Both the position numbers and the translations under genes were made by a program. From NCBI GenBank assembly GCA_021647985.1, contig JAKITQ010000004.1:24975-88974 (forward strand): a stretch of DNA of 64,000 nt, in the 5' to 3' direction. Positions 10,561-20,965 of this stretch are shown here, piece after piece. Positions within the stretch are counted from its first letter, which is position 1; the number at the start of each line of letters is the position of its first letter. The notes under the pieces were generated by a model. The model had not been told where the DNA came from. It was given only the letters and a program-made list of their open reading frames with translations, and made no database searches. Source of the stretch: Flavobacteriaceae bacterium. GTDB lineage: Bacteria > Bacteroidota > Bacteroidia > Flavobacteriales > Flavobacteriaceae.

Positions 10561-11964
10561 CTATTTAAAATTAAAATATTCTTTGGCATTGGTATAACAA
10601 ATATCTGAAATAATTTTACCAATCCATTCCATATCATTAGGTAATTCACCTTTTTCAATTTCCTCACCAAAAAGGTTACATAAAATTCTTCTAAAATATT
10701 CATGACGTGGATAGGATATAAAACTTCTCGAATCGGTTAACATGCCAATAAAAGTACTAATCAAACTCATATTAGACAAGGCATTTAATTGTTTTATGAT
10801 ACCATCTTTTTGATCTAAAAACCACCAACCAGATCCGAATTGTACTTTACCTTTAATTTTACCATCGTTAAAATTACCAACCATGGAAGCCATCACTTCA
10901 TTGTCGGCTGGATTTAAATTATAAAGAATGGTTTTTGTCAATTGATCACTACTATCTAATAAGTTTAAAAATTTAGATAAGGTTTCTGCCTGAGAAAAAT
11001 CACCAATAGAATCCCAGCCTGTATCTGGCCCCAATTTTTGAAGCATCCTCTTGTTGTTATTTCTCAATGCACCAACATGAAATTGTTGTACCCAACCAAA
11101 TTCATGATATGTTTTTGCCAGAAATTGTAAAATAGCACTTTTAAATTTTTCAATTTCTATATGGTTTATTGCTTTATTATTTCTTCTTTTATTAAAAATT
11201 TCTTTAACTTCTAAATCCATATATGAAACACATGAAATATTGCTCAATCCATGATCAGATAATTTACATCCGTTTTCATTAAAATATTGCACTCTTTTTT
11301 TAAGAGCAACTTCTAAATCATCATAGGTACTTATTGCAATACCGCTAGCTTTCTCCAACAAATTAAGGTAGTCATTATAAGAATCATCTTCAATGAGAAT
11401 AGATTTATCTGGTCTAAATGAAGTACTCATCTTAATTTTTGCATCACTTTTTGCGAGCATTTGATGGTACTCTAAATTATCTATTGGGTCTTCAGTAGTG
11501 CAAACTACCTCAACATTCATTTTAGCTAGTAATTTTTGACAACTAAACTCCGATGAGTTTAATTTATCAGAAGCTTTTTTATAAATGATATCTGCATTGT
11601 CTTCGGTAAGCAATTCATCGATATCAAAATACCTTAACAGCTCTAAATGAGTCCAATGATAAAGTGGGTTTCGTAAAGTATATGGTACTGTTTTTGCCCA
11701 TGACCTAAATTTATCCAAATCACTGGCATCACCAGTTATATATTTTTCATCAATACCAAGTGTTCTCATCGCTCTCCATTTATAGTGGTCTCCATGAATC
11801 CAAACTTCGGTAATATTTTTAAATATTCTGTCTTCAGCAATATCTTTGGGTGATAGATGACAGTGGTAATCAATAATTGGCATCTTACTGGCGTAAGTAT
11901 GATAAAGCTCTTCGGCGTATTTATTATTGAGCAAAAAATTATGCTTTATAAAATTATTCTTCAT
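10561..11964 (-). CDS. uxaC: Glucuronate (uronate) isomerase
   Basis: IIDYHCHL, GDHYKWRAMR, NPLYHWTHLEL, GWWFLD, MLTDSRSF.SYPRHEYFRR. Confidence 0.96.
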   Translation of the reverse strand: MKNNFIKHNFLLNNKYAEELYHTYASKMPIIDYHCHLSPKDIAEDRIFKNITEVWIHGDHYKWRAMRTLGIDEKYITGDASDLDKFRSWAKTVPYTLRNPLYHWTHLELLRYFDIDELLTEDNADIIYKKASDKLNSSEFSCQKLLAKMNVEVVCTTEDPIDNLEYHQMLAKSDAKIKMSTSFRPDKSILIEDDSYNDYLNLLEKASGIAISTYDDLEVALKKRVQYFNENGCKLSDHGLSNISCVSYMDLEVKEIFNKRRNNKAINHIEIEKFKSAILQFLAKTYHEFGWVQQFHVGALRNNNKRMLQKLGPDTGWDSIGDFSQAETLSKFLNLLDSSDQLTKTILYNLNPADNEVMASMVGNFNDGKIKGKVQFGSGWWFLDQKDGIIKQLNALSNMSLISTFIGMLTDSRSFISYPRHEYFRRILCNLFGEEIEKGELPNDMEWIGKIISDICYTNAKEYFNFK

Positions 11965-11976
11965 ATTCTTTTCTTA

Positions 11977-13326
11977 TTAAAGTTTAGGTTTCCAACCTGG
12001 CTCATAAGTTCTTGACCACAACTTCATTGCATCTCTGTCAAAAATTCTTCCAGACAATTCATCCACTTCAAAAGATTTACCTATTCGAGATGCAATATTT
12101 GCATAATGTGTTAACATTTGAGAAACTGCGCCTTGCTCAATTGGCGATGTTAGTTTTTGCTTTCCTCTTATTGTTTCAAAAAAGTTAACAGCGTGCCTTG
12201 TTGAAAGGCTTCCGCCACCACCAAGAGCAACACCACTTTTTGCTTCACCATTTATTTTTTTCTCTTTAATGAGTATTCCTTTTAAGTCATAAAGGCTATA
12301 TCCACTTCTGTCAATAAATACAGACCCATTTGATCCATAAATCAAAGTCCCTCTAGCTTTTCCGTATTTATCATAACCATTTCTACTTCTACCATCCCAT
12401 TGGATAACTTTTTTATTTGGGAATCTAAAATTAGCTTCCATTGTATCGTACATTTCCCATCCGTCGTTTTTGTGTTGAAATTTACCAGAGTAAACATCTA
12501 CATATTCAGGGTACTTAACATCTAAAGCCCAACGAGCTATATCTAATTCATGTGTAGCATTGTTTCCCATTTCTGCAGTACCAAAATCCCATCCATACCA
12601 ATGCCAATTATAATTCCATGTATCATGCATATAATCTTTTCGTGGTGAAGGGCCTTGAAAAAGATCCCAATCTAACCCAACAGGGGGTGCAGCCTTAACA
12701 GGAACTGGAACCGCTCCTCTAGAGTTGGTATAAAAAGCAATTGCTTTATAGGTATCACCAATAATTCCATTATGGATATCTTTAATTATTTCAGCTGATT
12801 CTAATGAAGATCTTTGTTGATTTCCCATTTGCACTACTTTATTGTATTTTTTTTGAAAAGCAACAACCACCTCGTTTTCTTCGGGATTATGACTACAAGG
12901 TTTTTCCAAATAAACATGTTTTCCTGCCTCCATGGCCATACAAGCACCAGGTGTATGCCAATGATCGGGTGTGGCAATAAATAATGCATCTAAATATTTG
13001 TCTTCCAAAACCTTACGCACATCATTCTCTAATTTTGGTTTATTGTTAATTTTACCTTCAAATATTTTAGCCGCCTTTTCTCTTTGGCTTTGCATTACAT
13101 CACATAAGTACAATAACTTAACATTGCTTTCCTTGCGCTCTATCGCTTCGATAAAGCCTTCAAGCCTTCTTCCTAAACCTTGAATGGCAATATTAATCCT
13201 GTCATTTGCACCAATAATATTTTCATAACTTTTTGCCGACATTGCATTTAAGCTACTACTTGTAAATGCTAAACCAACAGCTCCTGCTGATGCCTTTTTT
13301 ATAAAATTTCTTCTGTTCGAACTCAT
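11977..13326 (-). CDS. Tat-exported Gfo/Idh/MocA oxidoreductase
   Basis: NRRNFIK Tat signal, ATPDHWH, EKP, QMGNQQRS, WHWY..FGTAEMGNNATHELD. Confidence 0.9.
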   Translation of the reverse strand: MSSNRRNFIKKASAGAVGLAFTSSSLNAMSAKSYENIIGANDRINIAIQGLGRRLEGFIEAIERKESNVKLLYLCDVMQSQREKAAKIFEGKINNKPKLENDVRKVLEDKYLDALFIATPDHWHTPGACMAMEAGKHVYLEKPCSHNPEENEVVVAFQKKYNKVVQMGNQQRSSLESAEIIKDIHNGIIGDTYKAIAFYTNSRGAVPVPVKAAPPVGLDWDLFQGPSPRKDYMHDTWNYNWHWYGWDFGTAEMGNNATHELDIARWALDVKYPEYVDVYSGKFQHKNDGWEMYDTMEANFRFPNKKVIQWDGRSRNGYDKYGKARGTLIYGSNGSVFIDRSGYSLYDLKGILIKEKKINGEAKSGVALGGGGSLSTRHAVNFFETIRGKQKLTSPIEQGAVSQMLTHYANIASRIGKSFEVDELSGRIFDRDAMKLWSRTYEPGWKPKL

Positions 13327-13329
13327 AAT

Positions 13330-14715
13330 TTATTGCTTTTTAATATTTAATCTACGAACTTTAATATTTCTAAAGGAAACCTTATCTCCATGATCTTGCA
13401 ATAAAATGTGCCCTTCCTCAGCTTCACCAAAATTTTTCCAATCTTTATATTTGCTTTCAGCAACCAATTTTCTATAGGCATCACTTTTACGATTAAATTC
13501 TAAAATTTTAATACCGTTTAACCAATGTTCAACATGATTGTTTTTTGAAATTATGTGAGCATAATTCCATGATCCAATCGGATTTACTACTTTATTTTCT
13601 GCTTTAATTAAATCATATAAGGATGCCATTGTTCTACTTCCTTCATGACTTCCTTTTTCGGCATCTGGGTGTTTGGCATCATCTAATATTTGAAATTCTA
13701 AACCAATAGAGGATCCAGCACCTTTATTTAACCCTGTGTTTACAAAATATTTGATTCCGCTATTGGCACCTTCTGTAATTTTGAAATCTAATTTTAATTC
13801 AAAATTACCGTATAAATCTGTTGTTACAATATCTCCTCCAGCTGCTGATTCTTCACCTCCTGATGCCAAGACAGTTAATACTCCGTTATCAATTTCCCAA
13901 CCAGATTTTGGGAATGCATCTAATTTAGCACCTCTCCAACCATTAGTTGTTTTTCCATCCCAAAGTAATTTCCATTCTCCTTTTAACTCATTAAAGGTTA
14001 ATGTATTTTTTGTTGATTTTGCGGCCAAATCTATTGATGTAGCATATTTTCTTACATCTTTGGTAATAATTTTAATGTTTTTCCATGCAACCTGAGTTCC
14101 CTCTTTTTCTTTAGTGTTAATACTATGAACTTGAAGACCAATAAACCCAGAGGCTGTCATGTCATCTACCAAATGCGCCGCTGGCACACCATTTATCCAT
14201 GTTTTAATAGTATCACCAATGGCCTCAATTCTATATTTATTCCATTCATTTTGCTTGAAAGCTTCTCTAGCTTTAGGATTTTCACTCAAATCATATAACC
14301 AACCTCTGCGTTTTTCATCATAAATAGCAGCACTATAGCTTCTGTCCGAAGGGTCAATTTCTACTTGATACCCATGCACTATACCATCTCTATAATAAGG
14401 ATAGCTATTACTTCTAATTTGAATTCCTGAATTTAAAAGAGGATCTACTTTATATTCCAATTCTAATATAAAATCACCATACATTTTATCTGATGTCAAA
14501 AAAGTATTCGGTGTATTCATTGTTGAAGTTCCAACAATAGCCTCATTTTCTACTTCGTATTTGGCATCTCCACCTTTTATTGACCATCCATTTAAAGTTT
14601 TTCCATCAAATATTTCCACCCATGGTGTATCGTCTTTTTTAATCTCATTACAGCCAACTAAAAGTGCAAGTATGAAAAAAGAAATAATTCCTAATTGTTT
14701 GTTGTGTTGTTTCAT
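13330..14715 (-). CDS. Tandem DUF1080 (3-keto-glycoside hydrolase/hydratase-like) lipoprotein
   Basis: Lipobox LVGC; two repeats of FDGKT..GW / NSGI / EWN / LQ(V/D)H..V.(W/F)KNI. Confidence 0.9.
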   Translation of the reverse strand: MKQHNKQLGIISFFILALLVGCNEIKKDDTPWVEIFDGKTLNGWSIKGGDAKYEVENEAIVGTSTMNTPNTFLTSDKMYGDFILELEYKVDPLLNSGIQIRSNSYPYYRDGIVHGYQVEIDPSDRSYSAAIYDEKRRGWLYDLSENPKAREAFKQNEWNKYRIEAIGDTIKTWINGVPAAHLVDDMTASGFIGLQVHSINTKEKEGTQVAWKNIKIITKDVRKYATSIDLAAKSTKNTLTFNELKGEWKLLWDGKTTNGWRGAKLDAFPKSGWEIDNGVLTVLASGGEESAAGGDIVTTDLYGNFELKLDFKITEGANSGIKYFVNTGLNKGAGSSIGLEFQILDDAKHPDAEKGSHEGSRTMASLYDLIKAENKVVNPIGSWNYAHIISKNNHVEHWLNGIKILEFNRKSDAYRKLVAESKYKDWKNFGEAEEGHILLQDHGDKVSFRNIKVRRLNIKKQ

Positions 14716-14726
14716 TTTATTTATAT

Positions 14727-15932
14727 TTAATTATTATTTATATTTATTTGTAATCCATGTATTGATTTGGCAATTCCATAAGCCAAGCCTCTCAACTCTG
14801 CCAAGCCCCTTAGTCTACCAATAGCAGAATATCCGGGATTTGTTTTTTTATTTAAATCATCAAGCATTTGATGACCATGATCTGGACGCATTGGAATATG
14901 ATAATCTAATCTTCCTTCTAATTTCCTTCTTTTTTGTTCAAGTAATACTTCTTTAATTATTTCGAACATATCTACATCTCCTTCCAAATGATTGGCTTCA
15001 TAAAAATTTCCTTGCTCATCTCTTTTGGTACTTCTTAAATGTAAAAAATGGATTCTATCTGCAAACCGTTTAAAGATTTGCACCAAATTATTTTCTTTAA
15101 TTACTCCCAAAGAACCTGTGCAAAAAGTAATACCATTATAAATACTAGGCACTTGACTAAAAAGATATGCATAATCTTCTTCTGTACTTACCACTCTAGG
15201 TAAACCTAAAATTGGAAATGGTGGATCATCTGGATGCATACACATTCTCACCTTATTTTGTTCTGCAACAGGAATTATTTCATTCAAAAATAATACTAAA
15301 TTTTCTTTTAATTTATTTGCATCGATATTTTTATAAGTATCTAATATTGATTGGAATTGTTTTAATGAATACCCTTCCTCTGCTCCAGGCAAACCAGCAA
15401 TTATATTATTAATAAGTTCATTTTTTTCTTTACTTGAGAGATTTTCAAGGTGTTTTTTAGCTTTAACTTGCTCTTCTTTTGTATATAATTTATCTGCATC
15501 TGGTCTTTTTAAAAGGTATAGTTCAAAAGCCGCAAATGCAATTTTATCAAAACGGAGTGCTTTTGAACCGTCACTCAATTCATAATTAAGTGATGTTCTT
15601 GTCCAATCTAAAACTGGCATAAAATTATAACAAACTATATGAATACCACAAGTAGCTAAATTTAAAATACTTTCTTTATAATTATTTATAAATTTTTGAT
15701 ACCCCTGCGCTCTTGTTTTTATACTTTCATGTACCGGAATACTTTCAACAACAGACCATTTAAGTCCGTGATTTTCTATCTCTTCCTTACGCTTTAAAAT
15801 CTCATTTACCTCCCACGCTTCACCATTTGGCATATGGTGTAATGCGGTTACTATTCCTGTAGCTCCAGCTTGTTTTATATCTTCTAATTTTACAGGGTCA
15901 TTAGGCCCATACCAGCGCCATGTTTGCTCCAT
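14727..15932 (-). CDS. uxuA: Mannonate dehydratase
   Basis: [50 protein letters not shown]. Confidence 0.96.
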   Translation of the reverse strand: MEQTWRWYGPNDPVKLEDIKQAGATGIVTALHHMPNGEAWEVNEILKRKEEIENHGLKWSVVESIPVHESIKTRAQGYQKFINNYKESILNLATCGIHIVCYNFMPVLDWTRTSLNYELSDGSKALRFDKIAFAAFELYLLKRPDADKLYTKEEQVKAKKHLENLSSKEKNELINNIIAGLPGAEEGYSLKQFQSILDTYKNIDANKLKENLVLFLNEIIPVAEQNKVRMCMHPDDPPFPILGLPRVVSTEEDYAYLFSQVPSIYNGITFCTGSLGVIKENNLVQIFKRFADRIHFLHLRSTKRDEQGNFYEANHLEGDVDMFEIIKEVLLEQKRRKLEGRLDYHIPMRPDHGHQMLDDLNKKTNPGYSAIGRLRGLAELRGLAYGIAKSIHGLQININNN

Positions 15933-15946
15933 ATTATTTTATCTTT

Positions 15947-16762
15947 TTACACACCGCTAAAAGCGTTAAAACCGCCATCAATTGGAATTATAGCACCTGT
16001 TACAAAAGACGATGCATCACTTATTAACCAATGAATTGCACCATTTAATTCTTCTGCTTTACCAAACCTTTGCATGGGTGTATTTTCTATGATTTTTTTA
16101 CCTCGTTGGGTATAAGTACCATCACCGTTTAATAGTAATTTTTTATTTTGATTGCCTATAAAAAACCCAGGGGCAATTGCATTCACACGTAATTTATCTC
16201 CAAATTTTAAGGCAAATTCTATAGACATCCATTGTGTTAAATTGGTCACTGCAGCTTTTGATGCCGAATAACCTACCACTCTAGTTATTGGCCTTAAGGC
16301 TGCCATAGATGAATAGTTCAATATAACTCCACTACCATTTTCTGCCATTACTTTACCAAATACCAAAGAGGGTATTAAGGTTCCATTTAAATTTAGATCC
16401 GATACTTTTTGAAATTCATCTAACTTTAAATCGAATATATTTTGATTTTCAGCAATTGTTGCGCCAGGCATATTCCCACCGGCTGCATTGATTAAAACAT
16501 CTATCTGCCCCCATTTTTTCAAAATATTATTACAAACTGCTTGCGTTCGATCTTTATCAAGAACATCACAAACATATCCCAAAACGTTTTCACTAACTTC
16601 TAATAAACTTTTTAGCTTACTATCTAATCTCTCTTGATTAGAACCTAAAATTACAACCTTAGCGTTGTTTTGCAATAAATACTTAGCAGCTTCACCCCCT
16701 AAAGCACCAGAACCTCCAGTAATAACACAAACTTTGTTAGATATATTAAATTTATTAATCAT
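15947..16762 (-). CDS. uxuB: D-mannonate oxidoreductase (SDR family, UxuB-like)
   Basis: TGGSGALG, NAAGGN, YSASK, NAIAPGFF, DGGFNAFSGV; directly upstream of uxuA. Confidence 0.82.
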   Translation of the reverse strand: MINKFNISNKVCVITGGSGALGGEAAKYLLQNNAKVVILGSNQERLDSKLKSLLEVSENVLGYVCDVLDKDRTQAVCNNILKKWGQIDVLINAAGGNMPGATIAENQNIFDLKLDEFQKVSDLNLNGTLIPSLVFGKVMAENGSGVILNYSSMAALRPITRVVGYSASKAAVTNLTQWMSIEFALKFGDKLRVNAIAPGFFIGNQNKKLLLNGDGTYTQRGKKIIENTPMQRFGKAEELNGAIHWLISDASSFVTGAIIPIDGGFNAFSGV

Positions 16763-16777
16763 TCTTAAATTTATTTA

Positions 16778-16791
16778 CGTGTGCGCCCACG
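16778..16791. promoter_or_regulatory. Putative LacI-family operator 1 (CGTGTGCGCCCACG)
   Basis: Near-perfect GC-rich palindrome with central CG in AT-rich DNA, about 15 bp upstream of uxuB; overlaps a minus-strand -7-like element TATCTTCG (16790-16797). Confidence 0.7.
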
Positions 16792-16889
16792 AAGATACAT
16801 CATTTTAATGTTATTTATCAATATTTTTTAAAATTAGTTTACCTCCCAACCTAAACCCCATAAGCGCTAAGGATAAATAAAGATATTAA

Positions 16890-16903
16890 CGTGTGCGTTA
16901 ACA
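16890..16903. promoter_or_regulatory. Putative LacI-family operator 2 (CGTGTGCGTTAACA)
   Basis: Shares the ACGTGTGCG left half with operator 1; lies upstream of the regulator gene, consistent with autoregulation. Confidence 0.6.
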
Positions 16904-16949
16904 ATATTGTTTATTTATTTTATATATTTACTGAATTAATTTTTTTACT

Positions 16950-18011
16950 TTGAAAAGAACAGAAACACCCATAAAAATTAAAGATATTGCAAAAATTGCT
17001 CAAGTATCTACTGGTACAATCGATAGGGTTCTACATAACAGAAGTGATGTATCAGAAAAAACAAGAGAAAAAATTCTAAAAATTATAGATAAGCATGGTT
17101 ATAAAACAAATATCATTGCAAAAACATTAGCTTCTAAAAGTCAAATTATATTTTCAATTCTTATACCAAAATATGATACTTTCAGCAATTATTGGCAAAA
17201 ACCGTTATTTGGCATTCAAAAAGCAGAGGAGGAACTTTCTAACTACAGTATTAAAATAACAAAATACTTTTTTGACTTATCAGATGCAAACTCCTTTAAA
17301 AGGGCATCAAAGCGATTAATAAATAGCAACCCAAATGCAGTGGTTATGGCACCTGTTTTTAAAAAAGAAGCTTTGGCATTTGCTGATAAATTAACTCAAA
17401 AAAAAGTTCCTTTTGTTTTATTAGATTCTAATTTAGATGAAAATCAAGGTAGTATTGGTTATGTTGGACATAATTCTTACCAAAGTGGAATTGTTGCCGC
17501 AAAACTAATCTACACTAGAATTAATGACACAGGTAATATTTTATTAATCAACCTATTGTCAAATTCTAAAAACCAAAATCATTTAAGTCAAAGATCTGAT
17601 GGCTTTAGATCCTTTTTTAAAGATAAAAATAGGAACGGTAACATCGTTGAATTAGACATATATGACTTGGGTGAAATGGAAATTTTTAGTAATTTCACTA
17701 ATATATTTAAAGACATTTCTAATATACAAGCCATTTTTGTAACCAATTCAAAAGTGCATATCATTGCAAAATATTTATTAAATTATCAATCAGATCAAAA
17801 TATTATTTTAGTTGGTTTTGATTTAATAGAACAAAACATAAGTTACTTAAAAAATGAAACTATTGATTATTTAATATCTCAAAATCCAATAGAACAGGGC
17901 TACCAAAGTATTATGAAATTATTTCAGACAACAATTCTAAAAGAAACTTCAAATAAAATTACTTATTTACCAATTGATATCATCATCAAAGAGAATTTAG
18001 GTTACAAATAA
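16950..18011 (+). CDS. LacI-family transcriptional regulator of hexuronate genes
   Basis: HTH IKDIAKIAQVSTGTIDRVLHNR, sugar-binding domain; divergent from uxuBA. Confidence 0.92.
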   Translation: MKRTETPIKIKDIAKIAQVSTGTIDRVLHNRSDVSEKTREKILKIIDKHGYKTNIIAKTLASKSQIIFSILIPKYDTFSNYWQKPLFGIQKAEEELSNYSIKITKYFFDLSDANSFKRASKRLINSNPNAVVMAPVFKKEALAFADKLTQKKVPFVLLDSNLDENQGSIGYVGHNSYQSGIVAAKLIYTRINDTGNILLINLLSNSKNQNHLSQRSDGFRSFFKDKNRNGNIVELDIYDLGEMEIFSNFTNIFKDISNIQAIFVTNSKVHIIAKYLLNYQSDQNIILVGFDLIEQNISYLKNETIDYLISQNPIEQGYQSIMKLFQTTILKETSNKITYLPIDIIIKENLGYK

Positions 18012-18231
18012 ATTATTGAATCATAGAAGCTAGTGCTACACCTGTATTTGGATTTACATATTTTAAATTATTTCAACCCTTCGTGTAATTTTGAGTTATG
18101 AATTAATTATTCAAATATCAACGAGTTAACATATTTAAGTATTACTACAAAACCAACTGTAAATCAATCATATAAAATATAACAAACTATTATTATTTGT
18201 AAATTGACAATAAAATAGCTACTCCATTTAA

Positions 18232-19200
18232 TTAATCGTGTAAGCCTTTGTGCCTCAATAATTCAAGCAACATTTCTGGTTCATCGGTTTGAATTATATT
18301 CACACCATTTTTTAAAAGTTTTTCTAGCACTTCCTCACCATGGCCATATCGAATATAACTATCTGTTTGACCCAAGGCATTGATCCATACTCTCGCCTTA
18401 TTCTCTTTTAACATATTCGCTAATTTTTTTGTATAAAAACTTGGGTCGATATGTACAACAGGTGGGTTATATTTAGCAATGGCAGAATCCGCCATTTCAA
18501 ATGAGTATGCCCTAGGCATGATTTGTGCTGAAGCATCCATTTTTTTAATTAGATCTAATTGATCATAGTCATTATCAAAATAAAACACATCTTTCTCTGT
18601 TCCGGTTTTTTGAACCACCTCTACTATTCCTTTTACATTGTCTGTTTTCATATCAATATCAACCATTATTCTTCCTTTGATAACTTTTAAAAATTCTTCA
18701 AAAGTTGGTATGGTTTCATTACTTATTCTGCCATAAGGAGCTTTTAACTTATAGGTTCTAATTGTAGCAAGGGTCAAGTCTTTTACTTTTCCTTTACCTG
18801 TTGTAGTGCGATCAATACTTGAATCATGCATTAAAATTATATGACCATCTTTGGTGGTTCTAACATCCACTTCAATGATATCTACTCCCAATGCAATTGA
18901 TTTTTTTGTAGATGCTATCGAATTTTCAAAATTACCCATATGGGCTCCTCTGTGAGCCGCTACCAATATAGTTTGAGACGAAGCATTGTGAAATTCATCA
19001 AATGTTTTCGTTAAGTTAGTATTGGATATTGAACTTGTACACGACAAGAAGAATAAAGCTATAAATACTGAAATTATATGTAACTTTTTTATTTTTAGTG
19101 AAATTATTTTTTTAGACCCCCCTTCCCGTTTACACGGAAATGACAAAAGGGATGATATTTCATCGAAAACCCCAATAAGGTTTTTAATATTTAATCTCAT
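18232..19200 (-). CDS. Glycerophosphodiester phosphodiesterase (GDPD) family lipoprotein; start uncertain
   Basis: AAHRG, ENSI, EVDVRTTKDG...MHD...RTT, IQTD; lipobox FLSC after an unusual N-terminal extension. Confidence 0.88.
   Translation of the reverse strand: MRLNIKNLIGVFDEISSLLSFPCKREGGSKKIISLKIKKLHIISVFIALFFLSCTSSISNTNLTKTFDEFHNASSQTILVAAHRGAHMGNFENSIASTKKSIALGVDIIEVDVRTTKDGHIILMHDSSIDRTTTGKGKVKDLTLATIRTYKLKAPYGRISNETIPTFEEFLKVIKGRIMVDIDMKTDNVKGIVEVVQKTGTEKDVFYFDNDYDQLDLIKKMDASAQIMPRAYSFEMADSAIAKYNPPVVHIDPSFYTKKLANMLKENKARVWINALGQTDSYIRYGHGEEVLEKLLKNGVNIIQTDEPEMLLELLRHKGLHD
19123..19145. repeat. REP-like palindromic element (TGTCATTTCCGTGTAAACGGGAA on minus strand)
   Basis: Resembles the GTCATTCCCG...CGGGAATC family of short palindromic repeats; GC-rich in an AT-rich context. 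Confidence 0.55.
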
Positions 19201-20962
19201 AATTTCCTTTATTTAATTTTTGTGTTTTAATAATTATTTTTTGTTTTGCTATGTCGTAATTCCATATTTCCGTTTCCGGAAGTAGCTCTCCTTCTAAAAC
19301 AATTTTTTTGGGTTTTGTATCAGAATGAATTCGTAAAATATGTTTGATTTTATCTCCTTTTAAACTTACAATCAGTTGTTTATCATTATTTTGTTGATAA
19401 GAAATTTTCGTTTCTCCTTTTGCATCCGTATGATAAAAAGTGAAATTATTTTCATCTTTTGGATAAATTAAAATAGTAGTATATCCGTTGGAATTTTCAT
19501 CTCCTATGTTTGTATAAGCTCTCTCAATATGCATAGGTATTATGGCACCTTCTTTAATATAAACAGGAAACTCATCCATTGGATATTCTTTTTTAAAAGC
19601 AGTATTTCCGGTGATCAATTCCTTATCATTAAAAAAATATCTCCACTCGCCCTTTGGCAAAGTAACTTCTCTTGTTTTTGAATCTACATAAATCGGTGCT
19701 ACCAAAAAGTCATCACCAAACATATAATGGTATTTTCCTTTGTTTAAAACAGTTTGCAATCGTCTTTCACCATGATGTGCCGTTACTACATAATGATACA
19801 TATACGGAACCAATTCGGTATGTAACCAAGAAAATTTACGAATCACCTCTAATTCTTCTTTTGTTCTTTTCCATAATCTGCGTTCACCATGACCTCCGTT
19901 CATAAAAAGTCCGCAAAATGCAGAAAACTGTGTCCATCTCATATACAATCTTGGCGGAATTTTATTTCCTGAAAATCCGGCTATATCAGAACCAATAATA
20001 TTATAACCCAATTTTGCACTTTTTAAAATACTCTCGATGGCAGATTCAAAACCTTCAATGCCATCTAGAGCGATATCCACCTTACTGTTATTGTTATCAA
20101 GAATCATTTCATCAGTAACCCATTTATGTTCCTGATCTCCAACCCAATTAACTGGCGAAGCATCTATTGGGGAAAAACCTTCAGGGTGATACCCTCTATC
20201 AATAGACCTTGAAAGTGTTACAAACTCAGAATTCTGACTTAAACCATGTTTATATTCTTCACGGTAATATAAATCCATATAGGTACGGGCAGTCATTAAA
20301 CCATCATTGGTGTTTTTATAAAAAAATGGAATACCTACAATTTCTGTCCAAAACATAGTAGCGGTTCCATCTAATTTCCAACCATCAATACCATAGTCAA
20401 ATACATCTTGTTGCATTTTTCGCCACCAATTCATTGCTGCTGGATTGGTATAATCTAAAAAGCCTCCTTTACCTTTCCACCAATTATTTACCTTTTTAGA
20501 TTTTGCTAAATAACCTTTATCTTTTGCCTCTTGATACCACTTTTCTGAATTTTTAATTTTGGTATCCTTACTATATTTGTTTACAAATGAAGTCATCCAT
20601 AACACAACGCGATAGTCATTATCTTGTAATTTATTAAACCAAATTGCTGGTTTTGGATATAATATGGTATCTACTTCAAAATCATTGTACCGCAAAGACC
20701 ATGGACTATCTAGTATAATAGTTCTTACTGGTATATCATGTTTTTTGTAACCTTCTAATAATTCATCAACATAAGTGGCAGTATTCACATCATCTTCCCA
20801 CAACCAATTTTCTAAGGCCCAAGCTGGCGTAAGTGGCGGATTACCATGTCGCTGCCCATTAAATGGCATACCCCAAAATGGAAATACCCAATAAAAATAT
20901 ACCAGCACTAATAAAGAAGCTATCGTGCTAATTGTTATTTTCTTTCCTTTACTCCAAGTCAT
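19184..20962 (-). CDS. Membrane-anchored glycoside hydrolase family 31 protein
   Basis: ILDSPW, DYTNPAAMNWW, GIDGWKLDG (nucleophile), WVGD (acid/base), GSDIAGF, LYMRWTQF, YMFGDDFLVAP, FPVYIKEGAIIP. Confidence 0.87.
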   Translation of the reverse strand: MTWSKGKKITISTIASLLVLVYFYWVFPFWGMPFNGQRHGNPPLTPAWALENWLWEDDVNTATYVDELLEGYKKHDIPVRTIILDSPWSLRYNDFEVDTILYPKPAIWFNKLQDNDYRVVLWMTSFVNKYSKDTKIKNSEKWYQEAKDKGYLAKSKKVNNWWKGKGGFLDYTNPAAMNWWRKMQQDVFDYGIDGWKLDGTATMFWTEIVGIPFFYKNTNDGLMTARTYMDLYYREEYKHGLSQNSEFVTLSRSIDRGYHPEGFSPIDASPVNWVGDQEHKWVTDEMILDNNNSKVDIALDGIEGFESAIESILKSAKLGYNIIGSDIAGFSGNKIPPRLYMRWTQFSAFCGLFMNGGHGERRLWKRTKEELEVIRKFSWLHTELVPYMYHYVVTAHHGERRLQTVLNKGKYHYMFGDDFLVAPIYVDSKTREVTLPKGEWRYFFNDKELITGNTAFKKEYPMDEFPVYIKEGAIIPMHIERAYTNIGDENSNGYTTILIYPKDENNFTFYHTDAKGETKISYQQNNDKQLIVSLKGDKIKHILRIHSDTKPKKIVLEGELLPETEIWNYDIAKQKIIIKTQKLNKGNYEIKY

Positions 20963-20965
20963 AAT

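Noticed and set aside
19184-20962. GH31 as a sulfoquinovosidase
   Set aside because: Lacks the WMADFGE-type motif of YihQ-like enzymes, and no sulfoglycolysis genes are nearby.
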